A stretch of DNA of 64,000 bases from Planctomycetota bacterium (GTDB lineage Bacteria; Planctomycetota; UBA1135; UBA2386): the NCBI GenBank assembly GCA_965228735.1, contig OZ245838.1:4448001-4512000 (forward strand), in the 5' to 3' direction. Made by a program: the position numbers and the translations under genes. The notes under the pieces were generated by a model that had not been told where the DNA came from, did not search any database, and saw only the letters and a program-made list of their open reading frames with translations. Position 1 is the stretch's first letter. The number at the start of each line of letters is the position of its first letter. Positions 1-10,335 of this stretch are shown one piece after another.

Positions 1-1
1 G

Positions 2-604
2 AGTTTCGTGCTGCCGACGCAGGCACTGGGCGTCGCGACGTCGCCCGTCACGGCGCAGGTGATCGCGGACGTTCAGCTGTGGCTCGACAACCCGGCGCAG
101 AACCACGGCTGGCTCCTCAAGACCGTGGAGACGGGCAGCGGCACGGCGCGCAAGATCGACTCGCGCGAGACGACGAGCGGCATCGCGCCGACGCTGCGAG
201 TCAGCTACCTCGTGCCGAGCCAAACGGGCACGTTCGGAATCGGCTGTCCAGTCGGCGCCGCGACGTTCGGCTACGACCTCGTCGGCACGGCCGCGGGCGG
301 GCAGACGCTCACCCTCGCGATGTCCGCCGGACCGCCGGGCCAGCTCGCCGGCAACTTCCTGTCGTTCGGCTTCGTGCCCGCCGGCAACCCGATCCTGGCG
401 AGCTGTGACCTGTACCTGCCGCTCGGTCCTGGCATCGTGACCCACAGCCTGGTGACGCTGGACGCCGTCGGCAGCGGGGCTGCCCCGTTCCCGGTGCCGA
501 CCGGATTCCTCGGGCTACGAATCAACGCACAGGCCGGCGCGCTCGACCCGACGACCCCGAACGGTTTCGTCCTGAGCAACGCCGCCGTCGCGGTCCTGCA
601 GTAG
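2..604 (+). CDS. Secreted protein, DNRLRE-like domain plus C-terminal beta-rich domain (5' truncated by window edge)
   Basis: Frame is open from the window edge. ADVQLWLDNPAQNHGWLLK...SRE..PTLRVSY resembles the end of a DNRLRE domain. The protein ends in ...VLSNAAVAVLQ. Confidence 0.7.
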   Translation, partial: SFVLPTQALGVATSPVTAQVIADVQLWLDNPAQNHGWLLKTVETGSGTARKIDSRETTSGIAPTLRVSYLVPSQTGTFGIGCPVGAATFGYDLVGTAAGGQTLTLAMSAGPPGQLAGNFLSFGFVPAGNPILASCDLYLPLGPGIVTHSLVTLDAVGSGAAPFPVPTGFLGLRINAQAGALDPTTPNGFVLSNAAVAVLQ

Positions 605-648
605 GGCCGCGATCTATTGGGCCCCGATCTACTGGGCCGCGATCTACG
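604..648. repeat. 3 x 15-bp tandem repeat (gggccgcgatctaNN) between convergent genes
   Basis: gggccgcgatctatt / gggccccgatctact / gggccgcgatctacg. The third copy contains the stop codon of the minus-strand gene. Confidence 0.85.
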
Positions 649-1981
649 GCGCCGCGACGACGAGGCGCGTCTGCTCGTTGTCGAGCCCGCGCACCGTGTA
701 CTCACTGGCACCGTCTTCACCGCGCACTTCGAACTGCACCGGACCGGACGCGAGGCCGACCTCGGCCCAACCCTGCTCGTCCGCGCGCGTCACGCCGCTG
801 CGCGTGCCGTCGAGCAGCACGGCGACGTAGGCCTTGCCGACGGGTGAGCCGCTCTCGTTGGTGATCTGCAGCTTGCGGGACTGCACGGGCTCGAGGCTCA
901 GCTCGCACTCCGCGACGGCACCATCGAGCACGACTTCCTGGGCGCGTCCGACGCTGCCGCTCCAGGGGTGCGGCCGGATCTCGTAGGTCCCGTTGAGCAG
1001 CCCGGCGACCAGGAAGCGGCCGCTCGTTCCGGTCTCGCACACGCGCCGCACGCCCTCGCCACGGATGACGACCGGCACGCCTTCGAGCGGTGCGCCCTGC
1101 ACGTCGTGCAGCTGACCGCGAATCACGCCGGCCGGCGCGGTGCGCAGTTCGGGCAACGGCACGAGCCCGTGTTCGCGCTCGAACGCGACCAATTCCGACC
1201 GCGCCGCCCGCGCGTGATCGCCGGCGGTCTCGTGAACCAGCAGCCGAGCGTTCGGGCCGTAGAGCGGCAGGCTGTAGCGCCCGATCTCGTCGGTGCGACT
1301 CCAGAGCCCGGAGCCGACGGCAGTCACGAACGCGCCAGCGAGCGGCACGCCCGCGTCATCGCGGACCGAACCTTCACCGACGAGCGGCGGGGCCTGCGCG
1401 ACGACGGGCTCGATGTCCCAGGGCGCCTCGGGCTCGAGCTGGATCACGAGCGGGTCGGGCGACGTGAGGGAGGCCCGCAACCAGCGCGGGGTGTTGCCGG
1501 CGGCGTGCACGCGGAGATCGGCGAACGCCGCCTGCGGCAGCACGAGTTCGAACCGCCCTTCCGTATCGGTCTGCACCTCGGCCGCCGACTTCTCCGCGGC
1601 GGCCTGCTTCGCGCCCGCCAGGACCGACACCTTCGCCGCGTCGACCGCGAACCCGAGCGCATCGAGCACGCGACCATGCACGACGACCATCTCGACGTTG
1701 CGCGGCCTGGCCGGGGCCTGCGCCCGCACGACCGTCGGCTCGTCGGCCGGTGACTCGACCAGGCGCGCCCCAGGGCCGTTCTTCCGGGAGCCGTTCTGGG
1801 GACCATCCTCCAGTTGGGCGACCCGACTCCGGTCACCGGACGCCGTCTGGATCCGCAGATCGCCGCGCGCGATGAACACCGAGAGGACGACGGTCGCGCA
1901 CAGGACGACGAGCGCCGACGGTCGCTTCATGAAGAAACCCGCCATATGTGGAATGATACTCGACAGTGGCTGCGACGACAT
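644..1981 (-). CDS. Carboxypeptidase regulatory-like (Cna-B type) repeat protein, N-terminal membrane anchor
   Basis: Repeated G.V.D..G.P..GA.V ... TD..GRF/Y modules and a hydrophobic N-terminal segment. Confidence 0.8.
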   Translation of the reverse strand: MSSQPLSSIIPHMAGFFMKRPSALVVLCATVVLSVFIARGDLRIQTASGDRSRVAQLEDGPQNGSRKNGPGARLVESPADEPTVVRAQAPARPRNVEMVVVHGRVLDALGFAVDAAKVSVLAGAKQAAAEKSAAEVQTDTEGRFELVLPQAAFADLRVHAAGNTPRWLRASLTSPDPLVIQLEPEAPWDIEPVVAQAPPLVGEGSVRDDAGVPLAGAFVTAVGSGLWSRTDEIGRYSLPLYGPNARLLVHETAGDHARAARSELVAFEREHGLVPLPELRTAPAGVIRGQLHDVQGAPLEGVPVVIRGEGVRRVCETGTSGRFLVAGLLNGTYEIRPHPWSGSVGRAQEVVLDGAVAECELSLEPVQSRKLQITNESGSPVGKAYVAVLLDGTRSGVTRADEQGWAEVGLASGPVQFEVRGEDGASEYTVRGLDNEQTRLVVAAP

Positions 1982-2090
1982 GGGGAAAGCGACCCACTCT
2001 GTGGGCGCACTTGCACTACGCGCGTCCGCAAGCGAACGGTCCGAGAAACATCGCGCGCGCAGCGGCCACGCCGACGCCCGCCGCGTCGGG

Positions 2091-3089
2091 TCAGCGCAGC
2101 AGCCGCGGCGGCGCGACGTCGAGCTGCGTCACGAGGCCAGGGCGCGCGTCGACGACGCCGCGCAGGTTGTTCACGAGCATCGCCGCGGTCGCTTCGTCAC
2201 CCGCGATCCCGCCCTTGAACAGCAGGTGAACGGGCGGCTCGCTGTCGAGCACGATCTCGTCACGCGGTTCCGGCGCGCCGACGTACATCGACAGGTCGAG
2301 GTGCACGAGCACCTGCTGTCCGGCGCGACCGTAACCGTGGTTGCGGATGCCCGCGACCTGTCCTTCTTTCACCGTCAGGAACGGCGTCTTGTGGTCCTCG
2401 GCTGCGATCACGGGCTCGACGGTCTGGTCGATGCTGTCGACCTCGAGACCGAGGCCGCGCGCCACGAGCGCCACGGATTCGCGCATTCCGATATGGCCGA
2501 ACCGGCCGGTGGCGAGCTCCTTCTTGAACTCGGACTCGGTCAGGCCGGCGCCGACCTTCTTCTGCAGCGGCAGGCGCCGCGTCGCGGCGTCGACGACCCG
2601 CGTGCACTTCACCGACCGCGTCGTGAACGTGACCGCGGACGCCACGACGGCCACGTAGTCCATCGCGAAGCCGGGATTCACGCCCGAGCCGAGCACGGTC
2701 ACTCCAGCCGCCTTGGCCGCAGCGTCGATCGTGCCCGCGAGCTCTTCGTGCTGCAGGTCCGGAACGAGCAGCTCTTCGGCGGACGACACGACGTTGACGC
2801 CGCACGCGACCGCCGTCTGCAGCTGGTCGCCGATCGCGGGCAGGAAGCTCGACGTGCAGTGCAGGATCGCGTCGGGGCGCAGGCGCTCGAGCGCGGCCTT
2901 GGCATCCCCGTCGACGGTGACGCCCAGCGGATCCTGCCCGAGCAGTTCGCCGAGGTCGCGACCGACCTTCTCCGGGTCGACGTCGATCGCGCCGACCAGC
3001 TCGATCGACGACTTGCTCGCGGCAAGACGCGCGGCGGCGAGGCCGATCGGGCCGAGGCCGAAGGAGACGACACGCAAGGCGGAGGACAT
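2091..3089 (-). CDS. NAD(P)-dependent amine dehydrogenase, DapB-like / 2,4-diaminopentanoate dehydrogenase family
   Basis: Rossmann GLGPIG motif, GVNPGF motif, C-terminal GGIAGDEATAA. Confidence 0.75.
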   Translation of the reverse strand: MSSALRVVSFGLGPIGLAAARLAASKSSIELVGAIDVDPEKVGRDLGELLGQDPLGVTVDGDAKAALERLRPDAILHCTSSFLPAIGDQLQTAVACGVNVVSSAEELLVPDLQHEELAGTIDAAAKAAGVTVLGSGVNPGFAMDYVAVVASAVTFTTRSVKCTRVVDAATRRLPLQKKVGAGLTESEFKKELATGRFGHIGMRESVALVARGLGLEVDSIDQTVEPVIAAEDHKTPFLTVKEGQVAGIRNHGYGRAGQQVLVHLDLSMYVGAPEPRDEIVLDSEPPVHLLFKGGIAGDEATAAMLVNNLRGVVDARPGLVTQLDVAPPRLLR

Positions 3090-3102
3090 GAGCCGCAACA
3101 GG

Positions 3103-3807
3103 CTAGCGGGCCTCTGTCACGTTGCACGCTTTCGCTGGGGTCCGAATCCGGCCCGGGCGAACTCGCGAACGCGCCGCGCGGACCTGCTCGGCAAACCGGC
3201 GCGTTACCGGGTGTTCCGGCGACAACTCCGGATGGAACGCCGCCGCGAGGATCGCCCCGTGCTGCACGAGCACGGGGTCGCCGTCGCGGCGCGCGAGCAC
3301 CTCGCACGCCGGGTCCGTCACGGCGAGGACCCGCGGGGCGCGGATGAACGTGCCCGCGGTGTTCGGCGGCAGGGCGTCGGACTCGAGCGCGAACGTGCCG
3401 GAGTGCACCTGGCGGCCGTAGCCGTTGCGCACGACGTGGAGCGGCAGCAGCCCGTAGCTCGGCTGCTCGGGCTCGACGCGTTCGGCCAGCAGGATCATGC
3501 CCGCGCACGTCGCGAGGACCGGGATCCCCGACCTCAGCGCCCGACCGAGCGGCTCGTAGAGGCCCTCGACGCGCAGCAGCCGCAGCATCGTGGAGCTCTC
3601 GCCGCCGGGCAGCACGAGCCCGTCGAGGCCCGCGAGCGCCGGGGCCGTGCGGACCAGGCGTGGCGTGATGCCGAGGCGCTCGAGCGCCTTGCCGTGTTCG
3701 GCGAAGTCGCCCTGCAGCGCGAGCACCCCGACGATCGGAGCGCCCGATGTCGCGTTGCCGCGCGCGGCGCCGTGGCCGCGGCCGTCGCTGTCGCGGTCAG
3801 ATGCCAC
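3103..3807 (-). CDS. pdxT: Pyridoxal 5'-phosphate synthase glutaminase subunit
   Basis: [27 protein letters not shown] and FHPEL motifs; directly downstream of pdxS. Confidence 0.95.
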   Translation of the reverse strand: MASDRDSDGRGHGAARGNATSGAPIVGVLALQGDFAEHGKALERLGITPRLVRTAPALAGLDGLVLPGGESSTMLRLLRVEGLYEPLGRALRSGIPVLATCAGMILLAERVEPEQPSYGLLPLHVVRNGYGRQVHSGTFALESDALPPNTAGTFIRAPRVLAVTDPACEVLARRDGDPVLVQHGAILAAAFHPELSPEHPVTRRFAEQVRAARSRVRPGRIRTPAKACNVTEAR

Positions 3808-4717
3808 GGCTCGCGAGCCGCTCGTCGTCTCGGAGCGTGTCGATGTTGATGCCGACCATCGGTTCGCCGAGGCCCTGGCTGACCTCGACCAGCACCTTCG
3901 GATCCTCGTAGTGCGTCACCGCGCGCACGATCGCTTTCGCGCGCTGCTGCGGGTCGCCCGACTTGAAGATGCCCGACCCGACGAACACCGCCTCCGCGCC
4001 GAGCTGCATCATGAGCGCCGCGTCGGCGGGCGTCGCGACGCCGCCGGCCGAGAAGTTCGGCACGGGCAGCTTCTGACACTCCGCGACCCACGCGACGAGC
4101 TCGGCCGGCACGCGGTACTCGACTGCCTTCTTCTCGATGACCTTCTCGTCCTGGCCACGCAGCTCGCGGATCTGTGTCCACAACGTGCGCATGTGGCGCA
4201 CCGCTTCGACGACGTTGCCCGTGCCGGCCTCACCCTTGGTGCGGATCATCGCCGCGCCTTCGTGGATGCGCCGCAGCGCCTCGCCGAGATCGCGGCAACC
4301 GCAGACGAACGGCGTCTTGAATGGGCGCTTGTCGATGTGGAAGTGTTCGTCGGCCGGCGTCAGCACCTCGCTCTCGTCGATGCAGTCGACCTCCATCGCC
4401 TCGAGCATCTGCGCCTCGACGAAGTGGCCGATGCGCACCTTGGCCATCACCGGGATGTTCACGGCCTTCTGAATGCCGGCGATCATCTCGGGGTCGCTCG
4501 CGCGCGCGACGCCGCCGTGCTTGCGGATGTCGGCCGGCACGCGCTCGAGCGCCATCACGGCGCAGGCGCCCGCGTCCTCGGCGATCTTCGCCTGCTCGGC
4601 GTCGATGACGTCCATGATGACGCCGCCCTTGAGTTGCTCGCAGAAGCCGATCTTGCTGACGACTTCTTCAGCCGTGAAGCCGGGGACGGAACGGGGAGGT
4701 TGATTGGTCGGGGCCAT
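3797..4717 (-). CDS. pdxS: Pyridoxal 5'-phosphate synthase lyase subunit
   Basis: [58 protein letters not shown]. Start set at ATG 4717. Confidence 0.97.
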   Translation of the reverse strand: MAPTNQPPRSVPGFTAEEVVSKIGFCEQLKGGVIMDVIDAEQAKIAEDAGACAVMALERVPADIRKHGGVARASDPEMIAGIQKAVNIPVMAKVRIGHFVEAQMLEAMEVDCIDESEVLTPADEHFHIDKRPFKTPFVCGCRDLGEALRRIHEGAAMIRTKGEAGTGNVVEAVRHMRTLWTQIRELRGQDEKVIEKKAVEYRVPAELVAWVAECQKLPVPNFSAGGVATPADAALMMQLGAEAVFVGSGIFKSGDPQQRAKAIVRAVTHYEDPKVLVEVSQGLGEPMVGINIDTLRDDERLASRGI

Positions 4718-4752
4718 GATTCGAATGGGAAGAGGTCGAACGATGCGGAAGA

Positions 4753-6360
4753 TCAGAGGAACGAAGGCACGGCCGGGCCGGCCAGGATCGTGCGCGCGCA
4801 CTCGCCGAGCACGGCCATGCCGGCCGCGATCTCGGCGCTGTCCGCGCGCGTGAGGGACAGGCGCACACCAGTCGACGGGCGATCGATGGCGTAGAACGCG
4901 CGGCCGGCGACGACGCGCACGCCGCGTTCGCTCGCGAGCTCGACGAGTCGGTCGGCCTGGCCGGGCTGCGGCAGTTCGAGCCACGCGAGGAAGCCGCCGT
5001 CCGGTCTCGTGAGGCTGCAATCGGCCGGCAGGTGCCGTTCGGCCGCTTCGACGAGCGCCGCGTGGCGCCGCGCGAGTTCGACGCGCAGGTCGGTGAGGTA
5101 GGCGTCGAAGCTGCCGCGCGCGAGGAACTCGACGAGCGCGGCCTGCAGCAGTGGGCTGGTCTCGAGGTCGACGAAGCGCTTCACGGCCGCCATCGGCTCG
5201 AGCACGGACTCGGAGCCGAGCGCCGAACCGATGCGCAACGCCGGGAACAGCTCCTTGCTCACGCTCGCGACCGTGACCGTGAGCCCGCGCGGATCGAGCG
5301 AGCGCAGGCTCGGCAACGCCTCGCCACGGAACCGCAGCGACTGCTGATACTCGTCCTCGACGATGGGCACGTCGGTGGTCTTCACCAGATCGACGAGCGC
5401 GCGCCGCTGCTCGAGGTCGAGCGTGCGTCCCGTCGGGTTGTGGAACGTCGGCATCAGATAGACGAGCCGCACCCGCGGCCGCCGCAACACCGTCGCGAGC
5501 TGGTCGAGGTCGAGACCGCCGACGCCGTCGCCGTCATCCTCACGCCGCCACCGCAGCGCCACGGCCTCGAGACCGTGGGCCTCGAGCAGGCCGAACATCT
5601 GGTGATACGACGGGTCGGTCACCACGACCGCGTCGCCGGGCGCGCAGAACGTGCGCAGCGCGAGATCGAGCGCCTGCTGCGCGCCACCCGTGATCAGCAC
5701 TTCTTCGGCCGTCGTCCCCGGATCGGTCGCCTGCGCACGTTCGGCGAACGCGGCGCGCAGCTCGGGCAGACCGTTCGCCGAGCCGCCGTAGCCGAGGACC
5801 TCCGGCCCGCGGCGCAGCACCGCGTCGAGCGTCTGCCGCCATTCATCCACGGGGAAGCGCGCACTGTCGGGCAGCAGCTCCGCGAAGTTGGCGACGAGCC
5901 GCTGCCCCGACGCGAGTTCGGGCGCTCCCGGCATCGCGAGGGTGCGCTGCAGTGCCGCGGTCGCGAACGAGCTCAGCGAGCGACCACTGCGCGTTGCATC
6001 CGCGCCCGCAGAAGAACCAGCGCGCCCGTCACCCGGCCCGCCACCGGCGCCGACGTCACGCGCCCCCCCGCCACCGCGCGCAGCCCCACTGCCACCTGTG
6101 CGCGTCGACGCCACGCCTTCGAGCACGGTCGTGCCCCGACCGACGATGCCTTCGACCAATCCGTCCGCCGCGAGTCGGCGGTACGCCTCCTGCACCGTTG
6201 CGCGCGTCACACCGCACTCCCGCGCCAGGTCACGGATCGGCGGCAACCGTTCCCCGGCGCGCAGCTGCCCGCGCCGGATCGCCGACGCGAAGTAGGTCGC
6301 GATCTGGGCCGCGAGCGGCTCGCGGGCCGCGCGGTCGAGGCTCGGGAAGGAGAACGTCAT
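4753..6360 (-). CDS. MocR/GabR-family PLP-binding transcriptional regulator, probable PdxR
   Basis: GntR wHTH ([11 protein letters not shown]...TVQEAY) plus aminotransferase-I domain ([25 protein letters not shown]); adjacent to pdxST. Confidence 0.9.
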   Translation of the reverse strand: MTFSFPSLDRAAREPLAAQIATYFASAIRRGQLRAGERLPPIRDLARECGVTRATVQEAYRRLAADGLVEGIVGRGTTVLEGVASTRTGGSGAARGGGGARDVGAGGGPGDGRAGSSAGADATRSGRSLSSFATAALQRTLAMPGAPELASGQRLVANFAELLPDSARFPVDEWRQTLDAVLRRGPEVLGYGGSANGLPELRAAFAERAQATDPGTTAEEVLITGGAQQALDLALRTFCAPGDAVVVTDPSYHQMFGLLEAHGLEAVALRWRREDDGDGVGGLDLDQLATVLRRPRVRLVYLMPTFHNPTGRTLDLEQRRALVDLVKTTDVPIVEDEYQQSLRFRGEALPSLRSLDPRGLTVTVASVSKELFPALRIGSALGSESVLEPMAAVKRFVDLETSPLLQAALVEFLARGSFDAYLTDLRVELARRHAALVEAAERHLPADCSLTRPDGGFLAWLELPQPGQADRLVELASERGVRVVAGRAFYAIDRPSTGVRLSLTRADSAEIAAGMAVLGECARTILAGPAVPSFL

Positions 6361-6396
6361 CGGATTCCAGGCAATGGCAGCACCGCCGCCATGGGG

Positions 6397-6441
6397 GATA
6401 TGTAGCGGACAATCTTGGCCGGTCAATCGGGACAATTTGTC
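6397..6441 (-). promoter_or_regulatory. Putative promoter and MocR operator upstream of the regulator-pdxS-pdxT unit
   Basis: Minus strand TTGACC-N16-TACATA, overlapped by ATTGTCC/ATTGACC/ATTGTCC direct repeats and a GACAAATTGTC palindrome. Confidence 0.6.
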
Positions 6442-6647
6442 TCATCGCCATTCGACCCGAACCCGCTGCGGTCAACAGCGCCGGCCGGCCGGCCGCGAGA
6501 ACTCCATTCCGTGAAGTGCTTTAGGCGCCCTTCCCGATTGTCTCACGCGCACTCGCCCATGCCATGGGCCGTTCCGCACCCGCAGTGCTGCGGAATCCGA
6601 CAGTGTCGTGGTTTCTGCCCGATAGCTGGCCAGCTCGGGAGGAGCCT

Positions 6648-7655
6648 GTGGAGAACAACACGACAACCTGGCTGGCTGCCGGATGCGCCGGCCTGACACT
6701 GACGATCGCGGTGCTGATCACCAACCTCGGCGATCAGAACCCAGCACCCGGGGCGCCACCCTCGCTCGAGGTCATCACGGCGCAGGCCGCCGCGTACCTG
6801 CCGCGGCCAGCCTCGGTGAACGTCACGCGACCGTCCGCGTCATGGCGGCACGGCCGGCACCACGCGGCAAAGGCACCGCCGGCCCCTGGCGGCGAGAGCG
6901 CCCCGCGCACCTCGGCAACGGCGGCCGACCGCGTCGCGTTCGCGCTCGGCGAGCGCGCCAAGGCCATGATCGGCGAGCGGGCCCTCGCGGGGTTCCGCAC
7001 GGCCCAGGCCGACGAGTTCGCGGTCGATTTCGCTGACTGCTCGGACCGCGACGCGGTCGAACTGCAGCTCATGGGCCGGGTCGAAGCCGGCCTGATCGGC
7101 GCCAGCCTCTCCCCCAGGGAGCTCGGCGCGGGCGCGCGCGAGGTCGCGGTCGGCCTCGAGCTCTGGGCGCTCGCGGTCGCGCGTGACTTCCCGCTCGACT
7201 CGATGTCGACGACGCAGATGCGGCAGGTGCTCACGGGTCAGGTCACGGACTGGCAGCAGTTCGGCTACGACCGCGGCCCGGTCGTCGTCGTGCTCCCGGC
7301 GGAGCGCGACCTCGCCGAGCGCGCTGCCGCGACGTTGATCCACGGCGACGCGTTCAGCCAGAAGGCCGTCCGCGTCGCCGACGACCGCGGCGTCGCCGAT
7401 CGCATCGTGCGCGACTCGGGCGCGCTCGCCGTCGTCCGCGTGAAGTCGACCGCGCCCGTCGGCATGAAGCTGCTGCAGATCGACTGGACGCCACCGACAC
7501 CGAACGCGTTCGCCTACGGCAACTACCCGTTCGGCGTGCCGCTGCACGTCATCATGGGCGGCCGCGTCACCGCGCCGGTGCAAGGCCTGATCGACTACCT
7601 GCGCTCACCCGACGGCCACGAGCACCTCGATCCGCACCTGCTGATCACCCGCTGA
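6648..7655 (+). CDS. PstS-like periplasmic-binding-domain protein with N-terminal TM
   Basis: GGAGGAG RBS before GTG 6648. QVLTGQVTDW and YGNYPFGVPLHVI...YLRSPDG match the type-2 PBP/PstS fold. Confidence 0.7.
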   Translation: MENNTTTWLAAGCAGLTLTIAVLITNLGDQNPAPGAPPSLEVITAQAAAYLPRPASVNVTRPSASWRHGRHHAAKAPPAPGGESAPRTSATAADRVAFALGERAKAMIGERALAGFRTAQADEFAVDFADCSDRDAVELQLMGRVEAGLIGASLSPRELGAGAREVAVGLELWALAVARDFPLDSMSTTQMRQVLTGQVTDWQQFGYDRGPVVVVLPAERDLAERAAATLIHGDAFSQKAVRVADDRGVADRIVRDSGALAVVRVKSTAPVGMKLLQIDWTPPTPNAFAYGNYPFGVPLHVIMGGRVTAPVQGLIDYLRSPDGHEHLDPHLLITR

Positions 7656-7692
7656 GCGCCCATTGATGGCGGCGCGCTGCGGCCACGCCGAT

Positions 7693-8469
7693 TCAGAAGC
7701 TGATGCCGCCGGCGACGAAGAAGCCGTGGAAGTCGACATCGGCGTCGAAGTCGCGACCCGAGGCCGCACCGAACGCATCCAGCACGAGGTAGCGGTAGCC
7801 GCCCATCACCTGCAGCGAGTCCGTCATCTGCCAGCGCGCGAGGGCCTCGATGTCCACGTAGCGGCCGTTCGCATCGCCGAGATCGGCCGCCATCACGCCG
7901 GCCGAGGCCGCGAGCGACACGTCACCGATGTTGGCCTCGAACTCGGCGAACGGCATCGGCACGAGCACGTCGGTCTCGACCTCGTCGCGCGCAACGCCGA
8001 CCTGGGCGCGCGTGTCGACGTTGAGGAGGCTGTAGCCGAGCTGGCCGCCGAGGCCGAGGTGGAAGTGCTCGCTGCCCCAGACTTCGTAGGTGTACGCCGC
8101 GCCGGCGGAGAGGAAGTCCATCGTCGTGTTGACCGAGGTGCCGGCCGCGATGCTGCCGAAGTCGCCGGCGAGCGTGCCCGAACCCTCCGCCTCGTAGCCG
8201 AACCCGTGGGCGTAGATGCGGTGCAGGCCGCGCTCCCACGTCGCGCGCAGGTAGGGCGAGGTCTCGCGCTCGCCGACGTTGAAGTCGTTCTCGAGGCTGT
8301 TCTGTTCGTCGTGCAGCGTCAGCGTGCCACCGGCGTTCTGCAACGCGATCTCACCGCGCCCTTCGACGAACATCGCGCCCGCGTCGACGCGGAAGACGTT
8401 CGGCGCACAGGCGGCACTCATTGCGAACAACAGAGCGAGAGCGGCGGTCGTCCTCATGACGGACAGCAT
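7693..8469 (-). CDS. Outer-membrane beta-barrel protein, predicted lipoprotein signal
   Basis: Signal peptide ending SAAC, amphipathic strands, GGYRY motif, C-terminal GGISF. Confidence 0.65.
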   Translation of the reverse strand: MLSVMRTTAALALLFAMSAACAPNVFRVDAGAMFVEGRGEIALQNAGGTLTLHDEQNSLENDFNVGERETSPYLRATWERGLHRIYAHGFGYEAEGSGTLAGDFGSIAAGTSVNTTMDFLSAGAAYTYEVWGSEHFHLGLGGQLGYSLLNVDTRAQVGVARDEVETDVLVPMPFAEFEANIGDVSLAASAGVMAADLGDANGRYVDIEALARWQMTDSLQVMGGYRYLVLDAFGAASGRDFDADVDFHGFFVAGGISF

Positions 8470-8526
8470 CCCGGATCGGCGCGATCATCGCCACTGCCGA
8501 AACCCGGTCGGGCCGCGGCAGCGCGG

Positions 8527-9363
8527 TCAGAAGCGGAAGCCGCCACCGATCACCCAGCCGTCGATCAGCCCGTCGATCGCGAAGCTCGTGTCCGACGTCT
8601 CGCCCTTGCCATCGATGTCGAGCAACCGATAGCCGGCGAACAGGTGGAGCGTCGGCAGCACGCTGACCTCGACGAGCGCCTCGATGTCGAGCAGGTCGAC
8701 CTCCGCGCCGTCGATCTCGGGGATGCTCAGGATCCCGACCTCACCGACGAAGTCGACGATCCCGATGCCGCCCTCGGCCCGCACGAGCGCCATCGGCAGC
8801 GGCAGCAGTTCGTCGATCTGCCCCTGGTTGCCGAACGTGGTCTCGGTCGCCGTCAGGTTGAAGTCGATCAGGTCGAGCCCGATGCCGGGCGACACCTTCA
8901 CGAGCCCCAGGTCGATGTCGTAGGTCAGGCTCAGCTTGGTGTTGTGGAACTCGAAGCTCGTGCGGACCTGCGAGCCCGCGGCGATCGGTCCCCACGTCGA
9001 ACTGATCGTGCCGCCGCCATCCTGCTCGAAGACCGTGGTCGAACCCGTCGCGACGAGCGACCCGAGGTCGACCTGCCCGCGCAGGAACGGCCCGACCGCC
9101 ATCGAGCCGACGCCGAGCTCCTCGTCCACGTCCTGGAACGACGACGACGGCACCCCGCCGGTCGCCGACGCGAGCGCGGCGTCGCCCTGGAACGACATCG
9201 AAGCGAATCCGACCTGGGCCGTCGCGCCGACGAACGAACACCCGCCCAGCAGGGCAGGGAGCCCGGCCCCGAGCAGGACGGTCCGGGCCAGGGCGGTTCC
9301 GGGCCATTGCGGCGCGATGCGCGCGCCGAGCGGCCGCGTCCGGGCATTCCGCTGGGGGTTCAC
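8527..9363 (-). CDS. Outer-membrane beta-barrel protein (paralogue of 7693-8469), predicted lipoprotein signal
   Basis: LLGGC lipobox, AGYRL, C-terminal GGGFRF; shares the L.PLP/PMP motif with its neighbour. Start is uncertain. Confidence 0.65.
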   Translation of the reverse strand: MNPQRNARTRPLGARIAPQWPGTALARTVLLGAGLPALLGGCSFVGATAQVGFASMSFQGDAALASATGGVPSSSFQDVDEELGVGSMAVGPFLRGQVDLGSLVATGSTTVFEQDGGGTISSTWGPIAAGSQVRTSFEFHNTKLSLTYDIDLGLVKVSPGIGLDLIDFNLTATETTFGNQGQIDELLPLPMALVRAEGGIGIVDFVGEVGILSIPEIDGAEVDLLDIEALVEVSVLPTLHLFAGYRLLDIDGKGETSDTSFAIDGLIDGWVIGGGFRF

Positions 9364-9430
9364 TCCGGGGAAATCGGCACCGGGGCCCGCCAACCTGCAA
9401 TAATCCCGGTCCACTCCGCAAATCTGCCCC

Positions 9431-10243
9431 ATGCGCCCCTCCCGCTACCTGCCCTTCGCTCTGGCCGCCGCCGCGCTGGCCACGAGCTGCACCTATCCCC
9501 GTTTCATCGCCCGTCGCACGATCACCGACACGGTCGACCTGCGCGGCGCGCAGACGCTCGCCTGCAACACGCACAACGGCGACATCACGATCCACGCCCG
9601 CCCCGAAGCGACGGCCATCCAGATGCGCGTCGAGATGTCGGTACGGGGATACACCCAGGACGAGGCCGACGAGAATCTCCGTTCACTGCGCGTCGAGCCC
9701 CGCACCGAGAACGGCACGCTCACGCTCGAGGGGTCGTACGACTCGGAGGTGCGGCGGATGTCGCCGAGCTTCTCGTTCCATCTGGACGCGCCGGAGTCGC
9801 TGATGACGAAGCTGGTCACGCACAACGGCGACATCGACCTGCAGCAGCTCGTCGGGAACGTGAACGCGGAAACGCACAACGGCAACATCGGGCTGCGCGA
9901 CATCGCGGGCGACGTGCGGCTGCACACGCACAACGGCGCGGTCGTCGCGAGCGTCGCGGCCAACGCCGTCGAGCTCGTCTCGCACAACGGCCGGATCGCA
10001 CTCGAAGTCCAGGGTGACGGCGCGCTCGACGGTTCGATCGTCACGCACAACGGCAGCGTGGAGGTCGCCGTCGCGGAGTCGCTCGGCACCGTCGTCGACG
10101 CCTACACGCACAACGGTTCGCTGCGACTCGAGCGCGGCGCGGACGGCGTCCGGATGCGCAAGCGGCACCTGCACTGCACGCTCGGCAACGGCGGTGGCGA
10201 ACTCACCGTCGAGACGCACAACGGCAGCGTGGTCGTGCGCTGA
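9431..10243 (+). CDS. DUF4097-family beta-strand repeat (putative adhesin) lipoprotein
   Basis: Lipobox ATSC; eight T/S-H-N-G repeats. Confidence 0.85.
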   Translation: MRPSRYLPFALAAAALATSCTYPRFIARRTITDTVDLRGAQTLACNTHNGDITIHARPEATAIQMRVEMSVRGYTQDEADENLRSLRVEPRTENGTLTLEGSYDSEVRRMSPSFSFHLDAPESLMTKLVTHNGDIDLQQLVGNVNAETHNGNIGLRDIAGDVRLHTHNGAVVASVAANAVELVSHNGRIALEVQGDGALDGSIVTHNGSVEVAVAESLGTVVDAYTHNGSLRLERGADGVRMRKRHLHCTLGNGGGELTVETHNGSVVVR

Positions 10244-10311
10244 ACGGCGCCGGATCGCGGCCGCCCGCTGCGCTCGTGAGCGGTGGCGGCCAGGCTCGGC
10301 CGCGGCTGCGG

Positions 10312-10335
10312 CTACTGCTACTGCTACTGCTACTG
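10312..10335. repeat. (CTACTG)x4 microsatellite at the stop codon of the NtrC-like gene
   Basis: ctactg ctactg ctactg ctactg, which reads CAG-TAG four times on the minus strand. Confidence 0.85.

Noticed and set aside
9560..10230. Repeated acgcacaacggc DNA motif as a repeat array
   Set aside because: It encodes the THNG protein repeats of the DUF4097 protein.
10259..10291. Intrinsic terminator between convergent genes
   Set aside because: A GC-rich hairpin is possible but has no U-tract on either strand, and such hairpins are expected by chance at this GC content.
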